64,000 nucleotides of DNA from Nibricoccus sp. (GCA_047602425.1 JASGHG010000001.1:4576001-4640000), one strand, 5' to 3'. Positions 29,232 through 40,000 are shown, counted from the stretch's first letter. Notes: generated from the letters alone by a model not told the origin. Translations and numbers: made by a program.

Positions 29232-29643
29232 TTATTCGTTAAGATAGAAAACGAAATCGCGGCTTTCCAGCCGCGGAGACGCCGGACCGAGCTTGAGTGC
29301 GCGGCGCAGTTCGTTGCCACTGACGGCCTTTAAAAGGCTTATTCGGTCGCCTTCAAAAACGGCGACGAGTGTATTGCAATCCTTCGGGTTGGCGCCAGCC
29401 GGACGCACGATGCAGTCCCAGTAAATCCAGGCCTTATTGCCAATATGTTCGTCTGGTTCGCCGAGGACACGCAGCAGTTGCTCGCGGCTCCACTCGGGCA
29501 ATGCCGGCGTCCTCCATCGCGCGCCGTCGCGGAGCGACGGAAGCGACGACAGGTTCCGTCGCCGCCGCCCGCATTTCCAACAAAAATGCGAGTGGAAGTG
29601 CCAGGAACACGGCGAAAATCAGACGAAGGGAAGGATTTTTCAT
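29232..29643 (-). pseudogene. Frameshifted secreted protein (SmpA/OmlA-like core) downstream of the TM-fused ECF
   Basis: Signal peptide MKNPSLRLIFAVFLALPLAFLL in one frame; SREQLLRVLGEPD..AWIYWD..LVAVFEGDRI in the +1 frame; junction between 29480 and 29560. Confidence 0.6.
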
Positions 29644-29733
29644 GACGACGAATGCCAGAGTTGATCAAAGCGTCCGGCCAAAGCAGCGGCTGCGATGCCT
29701 CAGGCACCGTGTCGTTTTGGCTCTGGGAGGTTG

Positions 29734-31191
29734 TTATGGAGCAGCCTCGAAGGCTTTCTTCAGGGCGGTCAATTGCGGATCCGAGAGGAAGCTCCGCGCC
29801 TGAACGATCACGGCGCTGAGATCGAACGCGCGTGGATAATCGCTCAGTTTGCCGTCCTCACCGCGGGTGCGATTGCGGTGCAAAATTTCGACAAGTTGCT
29901 CCGACTGCACCGCCGTGAGAGGCGTGGGCGTCCCGGTAAGCGCTTGGGAAACGTGACTGGCGAATTCGCGTACCGGCGCCGTTTCGTTGAAATGCTGGAA
30001 GGCGGCAAAGACGACTTCGCCGAACTCCGTGCGAATTTGCCGTGCGAGCGTGCTGTCGGCGTCGTTCGCAAGCGATTCCACATCGGGATCGGCAGGCTTG
30101 AGTCCTGCGGTGCGCCAAACCACGCCGAGATCGCCATGCAAGCGGAGATTGTCGCGAATGAGCATCTTGAAGGCGGCGGCCCGTTCGGGAGGTAGTTGCA
30201 ATTTATTCAACATCGGATCGTAGTCATCAACCATGCGACTGATCCAAGATTCCCGCGCGACATTGTCCGGGACATGCGCGGTGGCGGATTCTTCGGCGGG
30301 CATAGCCGTCGCTTTTGTTGCAGGCGAGCCAAAGGTGGCGCGGATTGTTTCGGGGGAAGCGCGAGGCGTGTCGATGGTGGCGATTTTGGACACTGTTGAA
30401 ACATTCGCTTTAGGCATCGAAGTTAATTCGGTCTGATTCTTTTTGACGGCGGTTGCGAAAACGACGGCGGCGCCGATTGCAACGACTGCGAGACTGGCGA
30501 TAACAATTGGGTGTGGTTTCATAAAATGACCGAGGGGAATCGCCTTTGAAAGGGGTGCCGCGGCGATAGCGTTGGCGATATTCGTGCTCAGGCTGACGGG
30601 AGCGGCGACAACTTGGCTGCCGATGAACATCGAGAGAGCTGCTGCGGTGGAGTTCACGCCGCGCTTGGCCAGCAAGGTGCGGAGTTTTTCGATTGCCCGG
30701 TCGACGCGCATGCGGGCGGCGTCCTCTTTTACCCGTAAAGCAGCGCCAATGTCGGCGAAGGGACGTTTTTCGAAAAAGCGCAGCAGAATAGCCTCGCGAT
30801 CGAGTTCGTTGAGGTCGCGCATGGTTTCGTCGAGCACAGGCCGCAACCGATGCCACTCGATATCAGTTGAGTTTTGGATTTCGTTCATAGTTGTGGCTTG
30901 TTCTTCGCGGTGTTGCCTCCGGCGAGCGGCGCGAACCGCTTGGGCCGCGGTATGGTGAGTGGTGAGATAAAGCCAGCCCGCCAAAGCCTGATGGCGCAGG
31001 AGCGACGGGGCATTGCGCGCAAGGGCAATAAAGACGCCTTGAGCGACGTCTTGTGCGGAATGTGCATCGCCGCCAACGGTGCGCAGCGCTACGGAATAGA
31101 CGAGGTCGACGTGACGACTTACCAAGTCAGCGAACGCTGGTTCAGAGTGTTCGGCGACATAACGGCGCAAAAGTTCGGAGTCTTCGATCAT
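29734..31191 (-). CDS. ECF sigma factor fused to a TM helix and a C-terminal extracytoplasmic domain
   Basis: DSELLRRY, AQDVAQGVF, LAGWLY, DREAILLRFFE, DAARMRVDRAIEKLR; TM IVIASLAVVAIGAAVVFATAV. Confidence 0.92.
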   Translation of the reverse strand: MIEDSELLRRYVAEHSEPAFADLVSRHVDLVYSVALRTVGGDAHSAQDVAQGVFIALARNAPSLLRHQALAGWLYLTTHHTAAQAVRAARRRQHREEQATTMNEIQNSTDIEWHRLRPVLDETMRDLNELDREAILLRFFEKRPFADIGAALRVKEDAARMRVDRAIEKLRTLLAKRGVNSTAAALSMFIGSQVVAAPVSLSTNIANAIAAAPLSKAIPLGHFMKPHPIVIASLAVVAIGAAVVFATAVKKNQTELTSMPKANVSTVSKIATIDTPRASPETIRATFGSPATKATAMPAEESATAHVPDNVARESWISRMVDDYDPMLNKLQLPPERAAAFKMLIRDNLRLHGDLGVVWRTAGLKPADPDVESLANDADSTLARQIRTEFGEVVFAAFQHFNETAPVREFASHVSQALTGTPTPLTAVQSEQLVEILHRNRTRGEDGKLSDYPRAFDLSAVIVQARSFLSDPQLTALKKAFEAAP

Positions 31192-31335
31192 GGTCCTTCA
31201 TTCTATAGTTGCCGCCGGTTTTAGCGACCGAACATTGCTTGGGCGGTTTTACGAAGAATTTCGCGCGATTGCGAAGGCGCGCCACTCTTTGGGATCGGCC
31301 TTGAATCCTGAACGCGGCCCATTGAACTTGTTGGC

Positions 31336-32022
31336 ATGAAAATCTTGATCACTGGCATCACCCGTGGGCTTGGCCGCGCGCTTACGGATTATTACATTGC
31401 TGCCGGGCATACGGTGATTGGTTGCGGACGGAGCGGGGAGGGCATCATGGACCTGCGGTTTACGCATCCTGCTCCACACGATTTTTCCGTGGTCGACGTG
31501 GCGGACACAATGAGGGTCGAGATGTGGGCGGAGAAGGTGCTGGCCGTTCACGGCGCACCAGATTTTTTACTCAACGTCGCTGCGCTCATGAACGATCCCG
31601 CTCCGCTCTGGGAAGTGCCCGCGGATAAATTTTCAAAATTGATCGACGTGAATATAAAAGGCGTGACCAACGTTATCCGCGCCTTTGTGCCTGCGATGGT
31701 GCAGGCGAAAAAAGGCGTGATCGTAAACTTCAGTTCGGGTTGGGGGCGTTCGGTGGCGCCGAGGTTCGCGCCTTATTGTGCGTCAAAATGGGCGATAGAA
31801 GGCTTGACCAAGGCCTTGGCGGAAGAATTGCCCTCCGGCATGGCGGTCGTCCCGCTTAACCCCGGCGTCATCAATACAGACATGCTCCGCCAATGCTGGT
31901 CTTCGAGTGCAACAGGCTTTCCCGAAGCGGAGGCGTGGGTAAAAAAGGCTGCGCCTTATATTCTTTCTCTCGGGGCCAAGGATAACGGCCATTCGGTCAG
32001 CGTTGGCGGTTTTGAAGGGTAA
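31336..32022 (+). CDS. SDR oxidoreductase resembling NADPH-dependent pterin aldehyde reductase
   Basis: TGITRGLG, FSSGWGRS, YCASK, LNPGVINTDML. Confidence 0.88.
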   Translation: MKILITGITRGLGRALTDYYIAAGHTVIGCGRSGEGIMDLRFTHPAPHDFSVVDVADTMRVEMWAEKVLAVHGAPDFLLNVAALMNDPAPLWEVPADKFSKLIDVNIKGVTNVIRAFVPAMVQAKKGVIVNFSSGWGRSVAPRFAPYCASKWAIEGLTKALAEELPSGMAVVPLNPGVINTDMLRQCWSSSATGFPEAEAWVKKAAPYILSLGAKDNGHSVSVGGFEG

Positions 32023-32212
32023 GTCTCTGCGCGATAGTCGCGTCGGGAGCTGGCCTGAGGGGAATCCCTCTCATTAGCTAAACTGCCAGGGTTCATTACC
32101 CCGGCGTATGGATGGGCGCGGACTGAGGATCCCATTTGTAAGAAATAGGGTGATTTGAGCTATTTGACGTTCCGGCTTTCAGACACGTAACCGGAATACC
32201 GATACAAAGATC

Positions 32213-33607
32213 ATGCGCAAATTCCGAAATTCACTCGTAGCCTTGCTGGTGGCCGTCACCACCGCCAGTGCTCAGGAAAAAAAGGCCGATGCGGCTCCGA
32301 CTTCCCAGCCGGCGACGCCGCCAGCCGCTTTCGCCTTCGGCGGTGATGTGCGCCTTCGCTACGAGGCATACGACGGCGTGCATACTTTGAATTGCGATGC
32401 GCCTTTTCACGATCGCGATTACTTCCGTTTGCGCACGCGAGTCTGGGCTAACTACAACATTGTTCCGACATTTTCCGTCTACGGTCGGGTTGCGGCCGAA
32501 CCACGTTATTGGTTTAACAACTCGACGGTAGCCGGCGAGGGCAAGGAATGGAAATACGCGATTCTCGATAACCTCTACGCGAAATGGAGCACAAATCTCC
32601 CAGGCAAACTTCCTGTAACGGTTACCGCGGGACGCCAGGACATTCAACTTGGTGACCAGTGGCTCGTGAGCGATGGCAGCCCATGCGATGGTTCGTGGAC
32701 CAATTATTTCGATGGTCTGCGCGCCACGCTCGAAGTCCCGGCAATCAAGACAAAGTTCGACGTCATCAGTTTCAAGCAGCAGGCGCATCCGAAGGATCAG
32801 TTTCCGATTCTTGGGCGTCAGGGTTCGTATGTTCTTACCGACCAGGACGAATTTGGGGCAATTGTCTACGCGACGAACAAATCCATTAAGAACCTCCAAA
32901 TCGAAGGCTATGCGATCTACAAGGAGGATATCCGCGCGGTAAGTACGAGCAACGATGGCGCCGTTTCTACAGTAGGCGCACGCGTCGCCGGCACGCCGGC
33001 GCCAAAGTGGCTGTATTCTGTCGAAGCCGCCTGGCAATGGGGCCGCCGCGACCTCCCTATTCGGTTTCCGCTGTCGAGCACCGGCAAGCGCGACGTCGAA
33101 GCTTATGGTTGGAACGCCAAGTTGACCTATAGTTTCAAGGACAAGCTCGCGAACCAGATCACGCTCCTAACCGAATATCTTTCCGGCGATGATCCCGACA
33201 CCGCTGATACCGATGAAATGTTCGACGTGCTTTGGGGCCGCTATCCGCGCCTCGGAGAAACGTGGAACGTCACGTACGCGGTGGAGACCAGCGGACGCAC
33301 CGGCCAGTATCAGAATCTCATGAAGTACGGCGTGCAATGGGCGATCTCGCCTACCAAGACGACCTCCCTTTCCACGATGTACTGCGCGCTGTTCGCCCCG
33401 CAGGAAGTGCCGACTCGCTCGACCAACAACACCCGCTTCAGTCGCACGGGAAATTTCCGTGGCCATCAAGTGCAGGTGATTGCGAAACAGAAGATCACCA
33501 AAGAACTCAGCGCCCTGGTCCTGGCTGAGGTCGCGTTCCTCGGCGACTTCTACACGCAGCGCGACACCGTGACATTCTATCGCGCGGAACTGATGTATAC
33601 GTTTTGA
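32213..33607 (+). CDS. Outer-membrane beta-barrel, alginate export (AlgE-like) family
   Basis: Signal peptide; GGDVRLRYE, RLRTR, GRQDIQLG, FDG, YLSGDDP; C-terminal aromatic MYTF. Confidence 0.85.
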   Translation: MRKFRNSLVALLVAVTTASAQEKKADAAPTSQPATPPAAFAFGGDVRLRYEAYDGVHTLNCDAPFHDRDYFRLRTRVWANYNIVPTFSVYGRVAAEPRYWFNNSTVAGEGKEWKYAILDNLYAKWSTNLPGKLPVTVTAGRQDIQLGDQWLVSDGSPCDGSWTNYFDGLRATLEVPAIKTKFDVISFKQQAHPKDQFPILGRQGSYVLTDQDEFGAIVYATNKSIKNLQIEGYAIYKEDIRAVSTSNDGAVSTVGARVAGTPAPKWLYSVEAAWQWGRRDLPIRFPLSSTGKRDVEAYGWNAKLTYSFKDKLANQITLLTEYLSGDDPDTADTDEMFDVLWGRYPRLGETWNVTYAVETSGRTGQYQNLMKYGVQWAISPTKTTSLSTMYCALFAPQEVPTRSTNNTRFSRTGNFRGHQVQVIAKQKITKELSALVLAEVAFLGDFYTQRDTVTFYRAELMYTF

Positions 33608-33622
33608 CGTGATCGATTTTCC

Positions 33623-33656
33623 AAAAGGCGCGATCCTCGAAGATCGCGCCTTTTTT
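33623..33656 (+). terminator. Rho-independent terminator
   Basis: aaaaggcgcgatc / gatcgcgcctttt stem with T6 tail. Confidence 0.88.
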
Positions 33657-33710
33657 GTTGGCAGAATAAATTCCAATCATGTGATCAAGTCGCCATCAGC
33701 GCCGACCCAC

Positions 33711-34721
33711 ATGAAACCGTTCCTCGCCGCCTCCGACAAACGTCTTCGTTACGAAGGTCGTATCGATTGGTCTGATACATCCAAGCCCGTGTTGATTTGG
33801 CAGGGGACTACGGTGGAGATCGTCTTCGAAGGTTCTGAACTGATCTTGCATTTCGGCGCCTGCCGTGGAGTGGTTTGTTTCGATCTCGAAGTTGATGGAA
33901 TGTCCACTCTTGTGGAGCTCGCGCAGGCGAACTCTCCGTGCGAGTTCAGATTTCCAAAAGCGTTGCATGCAGGTGCACATCGGATGGTTTTGCTCAAACG
34001 CACCGAAGCCGATGTTGGACACGTGGTTTTCCAGGGAATTAGCCTTCAAGCTGGAGCCGACGTGTCGATGCCGCCCGAGACGGAGTCCGGCCTGGCGATG
34101 CAGTTTTTCGGCGATTCGATCACGGCCGGAGCATGCAGCGAAGACGGTGCGGTCGACCAGTGGGAAACGTTTGCGACGCACAACAATGCCCGGAGCTACG
34201 CCGCGCTGACGGCAAAAGTTTTTGGAGCTCGTTATCGCAATATCGCCGTGAGCGGCATGGGGGTGGTGGTTGGTTATGTTCCGAAGGTCGCCAGTGAAAT
34301 CTGGGATCGTTTATATCCGGTGCCGGATTCGCCGGAAGCGGAGGAGTTTGATTGGAATCCCAATCTGGTATTCGTGAACTACGGCGAAAATGACGATTCG
34401 TTTTCGCGAAACCAAGCCTTGGATTTCCCGGCCGCATTTGCGGACGCTTACGTGAGGCTCGTGCGGAACATGCGGAAGAAATATCCGCATGCGGAATTCG
34501 TTTTGTTGCGTGGCGGTATGTTCGGCGGAGCGCGAAGCGAGGCGTTGCGTCAAGCGTGGGAGAACGCGGTTGCACTGCTCAAAACGACCGATCTGCGCTT
34601 ACACTCTTTTGTCTTCAACCATTGGTCTGACTGGCACCCGCGCGTGAGCGATCACCAAGCCATGGCCGGCGAGCTGATCGCGTGGCTGAAAACGCAGCCA
34701 TTTATGAAGCGATTGGGATGA
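33711..34721 (+). CDS. SGNH/GDSL hydrolase, CE2-like carbohydrate esterase
   Basis: RYEGR, LLKRTEA, FFGDSITAG, AVSGMG, NYGEND, WHP. Confidence 0.85.
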   Translation: MKPFLAASDKRLRYEGRIDWSDTSKPVLIWQGTTVEIVFEGSELILHFGACRGVVCFDLEVDGMSTLVELAQANSPCEFRFPKALHAGAHRMVLLKRTEADVGHVVFQGISLQAGADVSMPPETESGLAMQFFGDSITAGACSEDGAVDQWETFATHNNARSYAALTAKVFGARYRNIAVSGMGVVVGYVPKVASEIWDRLYPVPDSPEAEEFDWNPNLVFVNYGENDDSFSRNQALDFPAAFADAYVRLVRNMRKKYPHAEFVLLRGGMFGGARSEALRQAWENAVALLKTTDLRLHSFVFNHWSDWHPRVSDHQAMAGELIAWLKTQPFMKRLG

Positions 34722-34789
34722 GCGGCTGACTGAAAGTCCCGTGATCTACCCAACCATCGCGGCGTAAGGCGCCTCTCCAGGCGGACATG

Positions 34790-34819
34790 AAAAAGGCGCG
34801 ACCTTTTTTGGGTCACGCC
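34790..34819 (-). terminator. Terminator after etfA
   Basis: Minus strand GGCGTGACC...GGTCGCGCC followed by T5. Confidence 0.7.
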
Positions 34820-34848
34820 GATTGGCGGTGGTAAGTTGTATAGGAGAA

Positions 34849-35877
34849 CTACTTAGCGCCTAGCAGTTCGTTGACTTTGCGCATGACGGCGAAGCTGTCG
34901 GCGACGTAGAGGACGTCGGCTTTGCCCTGGGCCCAACTGCATGCGGCGTTCAGATTGATCGCGCGGCGTTCGTTGATAAAGCGCCAGCCGACTGTGTGCG
35001 GTTCTTCGCCGTGGCAGCAGGTCGCGAGCCCTTTCGGGTGGCGAGGTGTCGAACCAGTCTGACCAATCTGGTTGAGGTGTGTCATGAAGGTGAGCACTGT
35101 TTGGCCTTCGCCACTGAGGTCGACGAGCGATTTGGTGCTTCCGAGCGAGGCTTTGGCTTTGCCGAGGAATCCCAAGATGAGTTTTTCCGCCTCGTCGGCG
35201 TGGGCCTGGCCGTCGGCCTGCTTCTTGGTCCAACCGGCGCCGGCGACAAAAAGGAGTTTGGCGTCAGGGCGGATGGTTTGGGCATCGGCCGCGGGGGCTT
35301 GCACGCCTGTGACTGTTGTGCGAAGCGCGGGCAAGGCGGTGGCGATTGGTTCGAGTGCGACGGAGCCAGCGGCGCCAGCAAAGGCGGCGGAACAGCCGGA
35401 CTCGAGCAGGACGATCCAGGGACGTTGCGTGCGTGTGAGCACGCCTTCCATGCGTTGGCGATAATACCAGCGGGTGACGGAGAGCTTGCCGTCGGCGGCG
35501 CTCAGGCCAGTGGCATGGGTATCGATGCGACCTCCGAGACGTTGGGCGGCGCCAGCCATCACGCGATTCCAGCGCGAAGTGGCGGGACCGACGATGATCG
35601 TAGCGGAAGCGGCTTTGCCGAGGGCTTCGACGGCGACGACATCGCTTGCGTATCGGGCTTGCGCAAAGTCAGCGCCGGCGACGCTGAGAAAGCGCGTAGC
35701 GCCGCAAGCGGCAATCTGGTTGGCGGCGGCTTGCACGTCGGCGCCGACGAGACCGGCGACGAACGTCGATCCGGCGAGCGAGGCTGCGAGGGCTTTGGCG
35801 GCACCGAGCGATTCGAGCGCGGCTTTGGGCAGCGAGCCATCGGCTTCGGTGTGGGCGAGAAAGAGAATGGTTTCCAT
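34849..35877 (-). CDS. etfA: Electron transfer flavoprotein alpha subunit (FixB-like, divergent)
   Basis: LFVAGAG, LGSTKSLVD, QIGQTG, AINL, ADVLYVAD. Confidence 0.88.
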   Translation of the reverse strand: METILFLAHTEADGSLPKAALESLGAAKALAASLAGSTFVAGLVGADVQAAANQIAACGATRFLSVAGADFAQARYASDVVAVEALGKAASATIIVGPATSRWNRVMAGAAQRLGGRIDTHATGLSAADGKLSVTRWYYRQRMEGVLTRTQRPWIVLLESGCSAAFAGAAGSVALEPIATALPALRTTVTGVQAPAADAQTIRPDAKLLFVAGAGWTKKQADGQAHADEAEKLILGFLGKAKASLGSTKSLVDLSGEGQTVLTFMTHLNQIGQTGSTPRHPKGLATCCHGEEPHTVGWRFINERRAINLNAACSWAQGKADVLYVADSFAVMRKVNELLGAK

Positions 35878-35892
35878 GGCGAAGGAGTTTAG

Positions 35893-35973
35893 TTTTACGG
35901 GAGGAAACAGAGAGAACGAAGGAGGGTGTTTTTTCGGATTGGCGCTTCGTTTCCTTCGTTAACTTCTGTAAAA
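35893..35973. repeat. Complete 9-nt-periodic imperfect inverted repeat (29-bp arms) between etfB and etfA
   Basis: ttttacgggaggaaacagagagaacgaag (35893-35921) vs cttcgtttccttcgttaacttctgtaaaa (35945-35973). Confidence 0.8.
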
Positions 35974-35984
35974 AGGTTTTGGTT

Positions 35985-36797
35985 TTATTCTTTGCCGATC
36001 CACTCGACGATTTCGGCGGCGATGGCTTCAGGGGTCATGTCCTTGACGATTTTTGTCTCGCGACGTTGTTTCGGCAAATTCACACCAGCAAAGGCGAGAC
36101 CTTCACCGGCAAGCTTGACCGTTTTGGCTTTTTGCAGGGCGGGCATGACGGTGCGCATGTTGAGCATGCCGACTTGGGGATTATTGGCTGGTTCGGGAAG
36201 ATTGCCGGTGGCCCAGCCGAGCAAAGCGGGCAGGGCGGAGCAAGTGGAGACCTGGTGTTTGCCGCCCTCGATGCGCTCGAGGACTTTGAAAGAGCCGTCG
36301 GATTGGACGGTAAGCTGGTCCACGCCTTGAAATTGGTCCGTGATGCCAAGGCACTCGCCGATCATCTGCATGGTGGCGCCGGCCCCGCGCGAGGCGGATT
36401 CCCAACCACCGAAGACAAACAATTTTGTCTTATCAAGGCCGGGGATCGTGGCGATGGCTTCAGAAAGGGCGGCGGCGGTTTCGCTTGCGTCGGTGAAACC
36501 GCTCGCGGGACCGTCGATGGCGACCAGTTCGAAGGGGACTTTCTGCGCGATGGTCATCATGACCTGCTGGAGCTTCGCCTTGGGTCCCATGCTAACGAAC
36601 CAAACTTTGGTGCCGGGGTTTTGTTTAGCCAAATTGGCCGCCTCGAAGAGCGCATGGCCGGCCCAAGGGTCGAGCACGGCGGGCAGCATCATTTCGTTTT
36701 TGAGGGCGGGACCGGTCGGGGAAGCGACGGGTTCGAGCGTTTGCAGCGGATCGGGTACGAGACTGCCGCAGACAACGATTTGGTAAGCAGTTGGCAT
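35985..36797 (-). CDS. etfB: Electron transfer flavoprotein beta subunit (FixA-like, divergent)
   Basis: IVVCGSLVPD, LDPWAGHALFEA, VSMGP, ERIEGG; adjacent to etfA. Confidence 0.85.
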   Translation of the reverse strand: MPTAYQIVVCGSLVPDPLQTLEPVASPTGPALKNEMMLPAVLDPWAGHALFEAANLAKQNPGTKVWFVSMGPKAKLQQVMMTIAQKVPFELVAIDGPASGFTDASETAAALSEAIATIPGLDKTKLFVFGGWESASRGAGATMQMIGECLGITDQFQGVDQLTVQSDGSFKVLERIEGGKHQVSTCSALPALLGWATGNLPEPANNPQVGMLNMRTVMPALQKAKTVKLAGEGLAFAGVNLPKQRRETKIVKDMTPEAIAAEIVEWIGKE

Positions 36798-37028
36798 AAG
36801 ATTATGATTTAAAACGAGTAATGGCGTTTGAGGCTGTAATTGGCGGGGCTGCTGGGAGACGTTTCTGAGCCTTTGCCAGAAATTCGAAGGACCGGTGATC
36901 CTGCCGACGGAAAATCAAGGGCGGCAAACAAAATTCCTGCGCATTTGTTGACTTAATCACCCCGAAAATGCGCCGAAGAAGAAGATATATCGTTTTGCTG
37001 ACGAAACAATTCCGCTGATCCAGTCACT

Positions 37029-37044
37029 TGCAATTGCAACGCCA
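37029..37044 (-). promoter_or_regulatory. Possible sigma54 promoter facing etfBA
   Basis: Minus strand TGGCGTT-GCAA-TTGCA, GG-N10-GC spacing with perfect -12 TTGCA. Confidence 0.35.
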
Positions 37045-37053
37045 TTTTCCGAT

Positions 37054-40000
37054 TTGAAAGCCCCATTTACCAGCCCGCGCGCTTGCCGAACCATTCGTAC
37101 CCTCCTAGGCGGGCTTCTTTTTTTACGGCTGGTCTTTCCGTTGTGGGCGCTCAATCCGGTGCGCGATGCGAGCAGTTACACCATTCGCGGCTGGTTCACC
37201 GAACACGGTCTTCCCTCCAACAAAATCCGGGCGGTTACGCAGGCGCGTGACGGCTATTTGTGGGCGGCGACGGCGCAGGGCATTGCGCGATTCGACGGCA
37301 GCCATTTCACGGTCTTCAACGGGAGCAGCAATCCAGAGCTGCGCGGCGGCGGATTTTTTGCCGTGCTGGAAGGATTGGATGGTACTCTCTGGTTCGGTGG
37401 CGACAACGGGCTTTTTCGCTGGCGCGACGGTTTTTTTGACCGCTTCACCGCGGAGGACGGCCTCGGCAACAACTATGTGCGCTCATTGTTCCTGGCGAAG
37501 GATGGAAGCGTCGTGGTCTGCACGCGAACGGGCATTTCGTTTATGCGCGATGGCAAAATCACCACGCCCGCAGGGGAGTGGAAGCAGCCCACCGGCGTGG
37601 TCCGCGGTTATCTTGAGCGTGCGGACGGGAGCATTTGGATTGCCGGCACGCGGCTTTGGCGCCTGGCCGGCGGCAAGGCGGAGGTTATGTCCGACAAGTA
37701 TGGCGTCCCCGGCGAAAATTTCACCAGCGCTATAGAACGAGCGGATGGTTCGGTCTGGACGAGTTCCACCGCCGGTGTGTTTTGCATTCGCCCGGATGGC
37801 AAGGTGGAGAAATACGGCGTAGCAGAGGGATTGTTGAACACGCGCGTTTCCGACATGCGCTTCGATCGCGACGGCGGCTTGTGGATCAGCACAAACGGAG
37901 GGTTGTTCCGACTTCACCAAGGCAAAGTGCAACAGGCGAATTTTCCACAGCATTTTGGACAATCGTTTTTGCAACAAGTCTACGAGGACGGGGAGGGAAG
38001 CCTGTGGGTGGCGAGCGCGATAGGTTTGTTTCAATTGACGGACTCCATGTCGACGAGCATCGGCCTTGAGGACGGGCTGGGACAGCTGGCGACCTATTCC
38101 GTGATGGAAGCGAGCGATGGCAAAATTTGGATAGGCCTGTGGGGCGGCGGACTTTATTTTTGGGACGGGCAAAAGGCAGCGCGTTTGCAGGCGCCCGGTG
38201 GCGAAGACATGGTGCAGGTCCTTAGCATAGCGGAGACTTCTGGCGGTAAGCTGTGGATCGGTGCGGTAAACGGCCTGTATTTATACGACGGCACCGAGGT
38301 CAAAAATTTCTACCAGCAAGCCAGGCAAAGCGAATGGCGCAAGCACATGCAGGATGATCCCGGCGTGGCGCTTCCCGGTCTGGCGCATCCCAGGGTTAAC
38401 TCGATTGCCATGGACGGTCCCGCTGCAATGTGGGCGGCTTGCGATGGAGGGCTCTACAACTGGCGTGACGGCGCTTTTCACGCGTACATGTATTTGCCCG
38501 GACTCGGCAGCAACACGTTCAAGGCTGTCACCCGTGCACGCAACGGCGACGTGTGGGTGACCGTGCCGCCCGCGGGCGTGGCCCGCTTTCGCGAAGGGCG
38601 TTGGTCGGTGTTTCACTGTGGCCAGGAGATTTCGGACGTGGCTCCACGCGCGGTCTACGAAGACTCCGCCGGCACGATCTGGGTGACCACGGAAGGAGGC
38701 GGGCTCAATCGTTTCAAGGACGGGCATTGGAAAATCTTTTCGACGCGCGATGGGCTGGCGGACGATTTCATCGCGGGCATTATCGAGGACGGTGCAGGTT
38801 ATTATTGGGTGGCTTGTCCCAGAGGTTTCATGCGGATCGAACACGAAGAATTCGATGCCGTCGCGCAGGGGCGCCGCGCCGCGCTGGATCCGCGGCTGTT
38901 CAATCGTCACGACGGGCTGAACGCGGTGGAATGCAACATGCAAGGCTACCCCAACGCCTGCCGTTCTCGCTCGGGCGATTTGTTTTTCGCCACCGATCGC
39001 GGCGTGGCGATCGTTCATCCCGAACAAGTAATTATCAACAAGAAGCCGACGCCGGTGCACATCGAGCAGGTTCAGATCAACGGCAGCGCCGTCTCGCCGG
39101 TGGATGGCATAAAGGTTCCGCCCGGGAGCACCGACCTGCAGATTTACTACACGGGGATCAACATGCTTTCCGCGGAAAAAGTCCGTTTCCGGGTGAAACT
39201 TTCGCCGCTCGACAACGATTGGGTGGATGTCGGCGGCCGCCGTAGTATGCGATACGACCGGCTGCCTCCGGGGCGCTACCGGTTCCAAGTATCCGCCTGC
39301 AACAACAACGGCATCTGGAATGAAAAATGGGCCCAACTCGATTTCACCGTGCAGGCGTTTTTCTACCAAACCGTTTGGTTTTATATTTTCATCGGTCTGC
39401 TGGCCGGAGGCGCGGGTTATATCATTCATCTGGTTCGCGTGCGGCAGGCGCGTTTGCGCAACGAGGAGCTCGAACAGATTGTCGAAACGCGGACACATGA
39501 GCTGCGCCAGGCCAAAGAATCGGCCGAAACAGCCGCCAAGGCCAAAAGCGAGTTTCTCGCCAACATGAGCCACGAGATCCGCACGCCGATGAATGGTGTG
39601 ATCGGCATGACCGGTCTGCTCCTCGACACCCGGCTCGACGCCCAGCAGTACGAGTATGCGAACACCGCGCGCAACAGCGCCGACGCCCTTCTCACCATCG
39701 TCAACGACATCCTGGATTTCTCCAAGATCGAGGCGGGCAAACTCGCTTTCGAAACCCTCGACTTCAACCTTCACGAAGTGGTCGAAAGCACCCGCGACAT
39801 GCTTGTTGGCCAGGCCCTGCGGAAAAACATTGAGCTGGCCAGCTTTATCGCGCCGGACGTGCCCCGGCGCTTGCGCGGCGATCCTGGTCGATTGCGACAG
39901 GTTTTGCTCAATCTGCTGAGCAACGCCATCAAGTTCACCGAGAACGGCGACGTCGTGATTCGCGTCATGCGGGAGGCCGAGGCCGGAGAGAAGGCGCGGA

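Noticed and set aside
32040..32212. Riboswitch upstream of the porin
   Set aside because: No recognisable TPP, cobalamin, FMN, SAM or c-di-GMP consensus
36845..36885. c-di-GMP-I riboswitch-like GGCAAA...GAAA in the etfB leader
   Set aside because: Flanks of GAAA do not pair and the second GCAAA stem is missing
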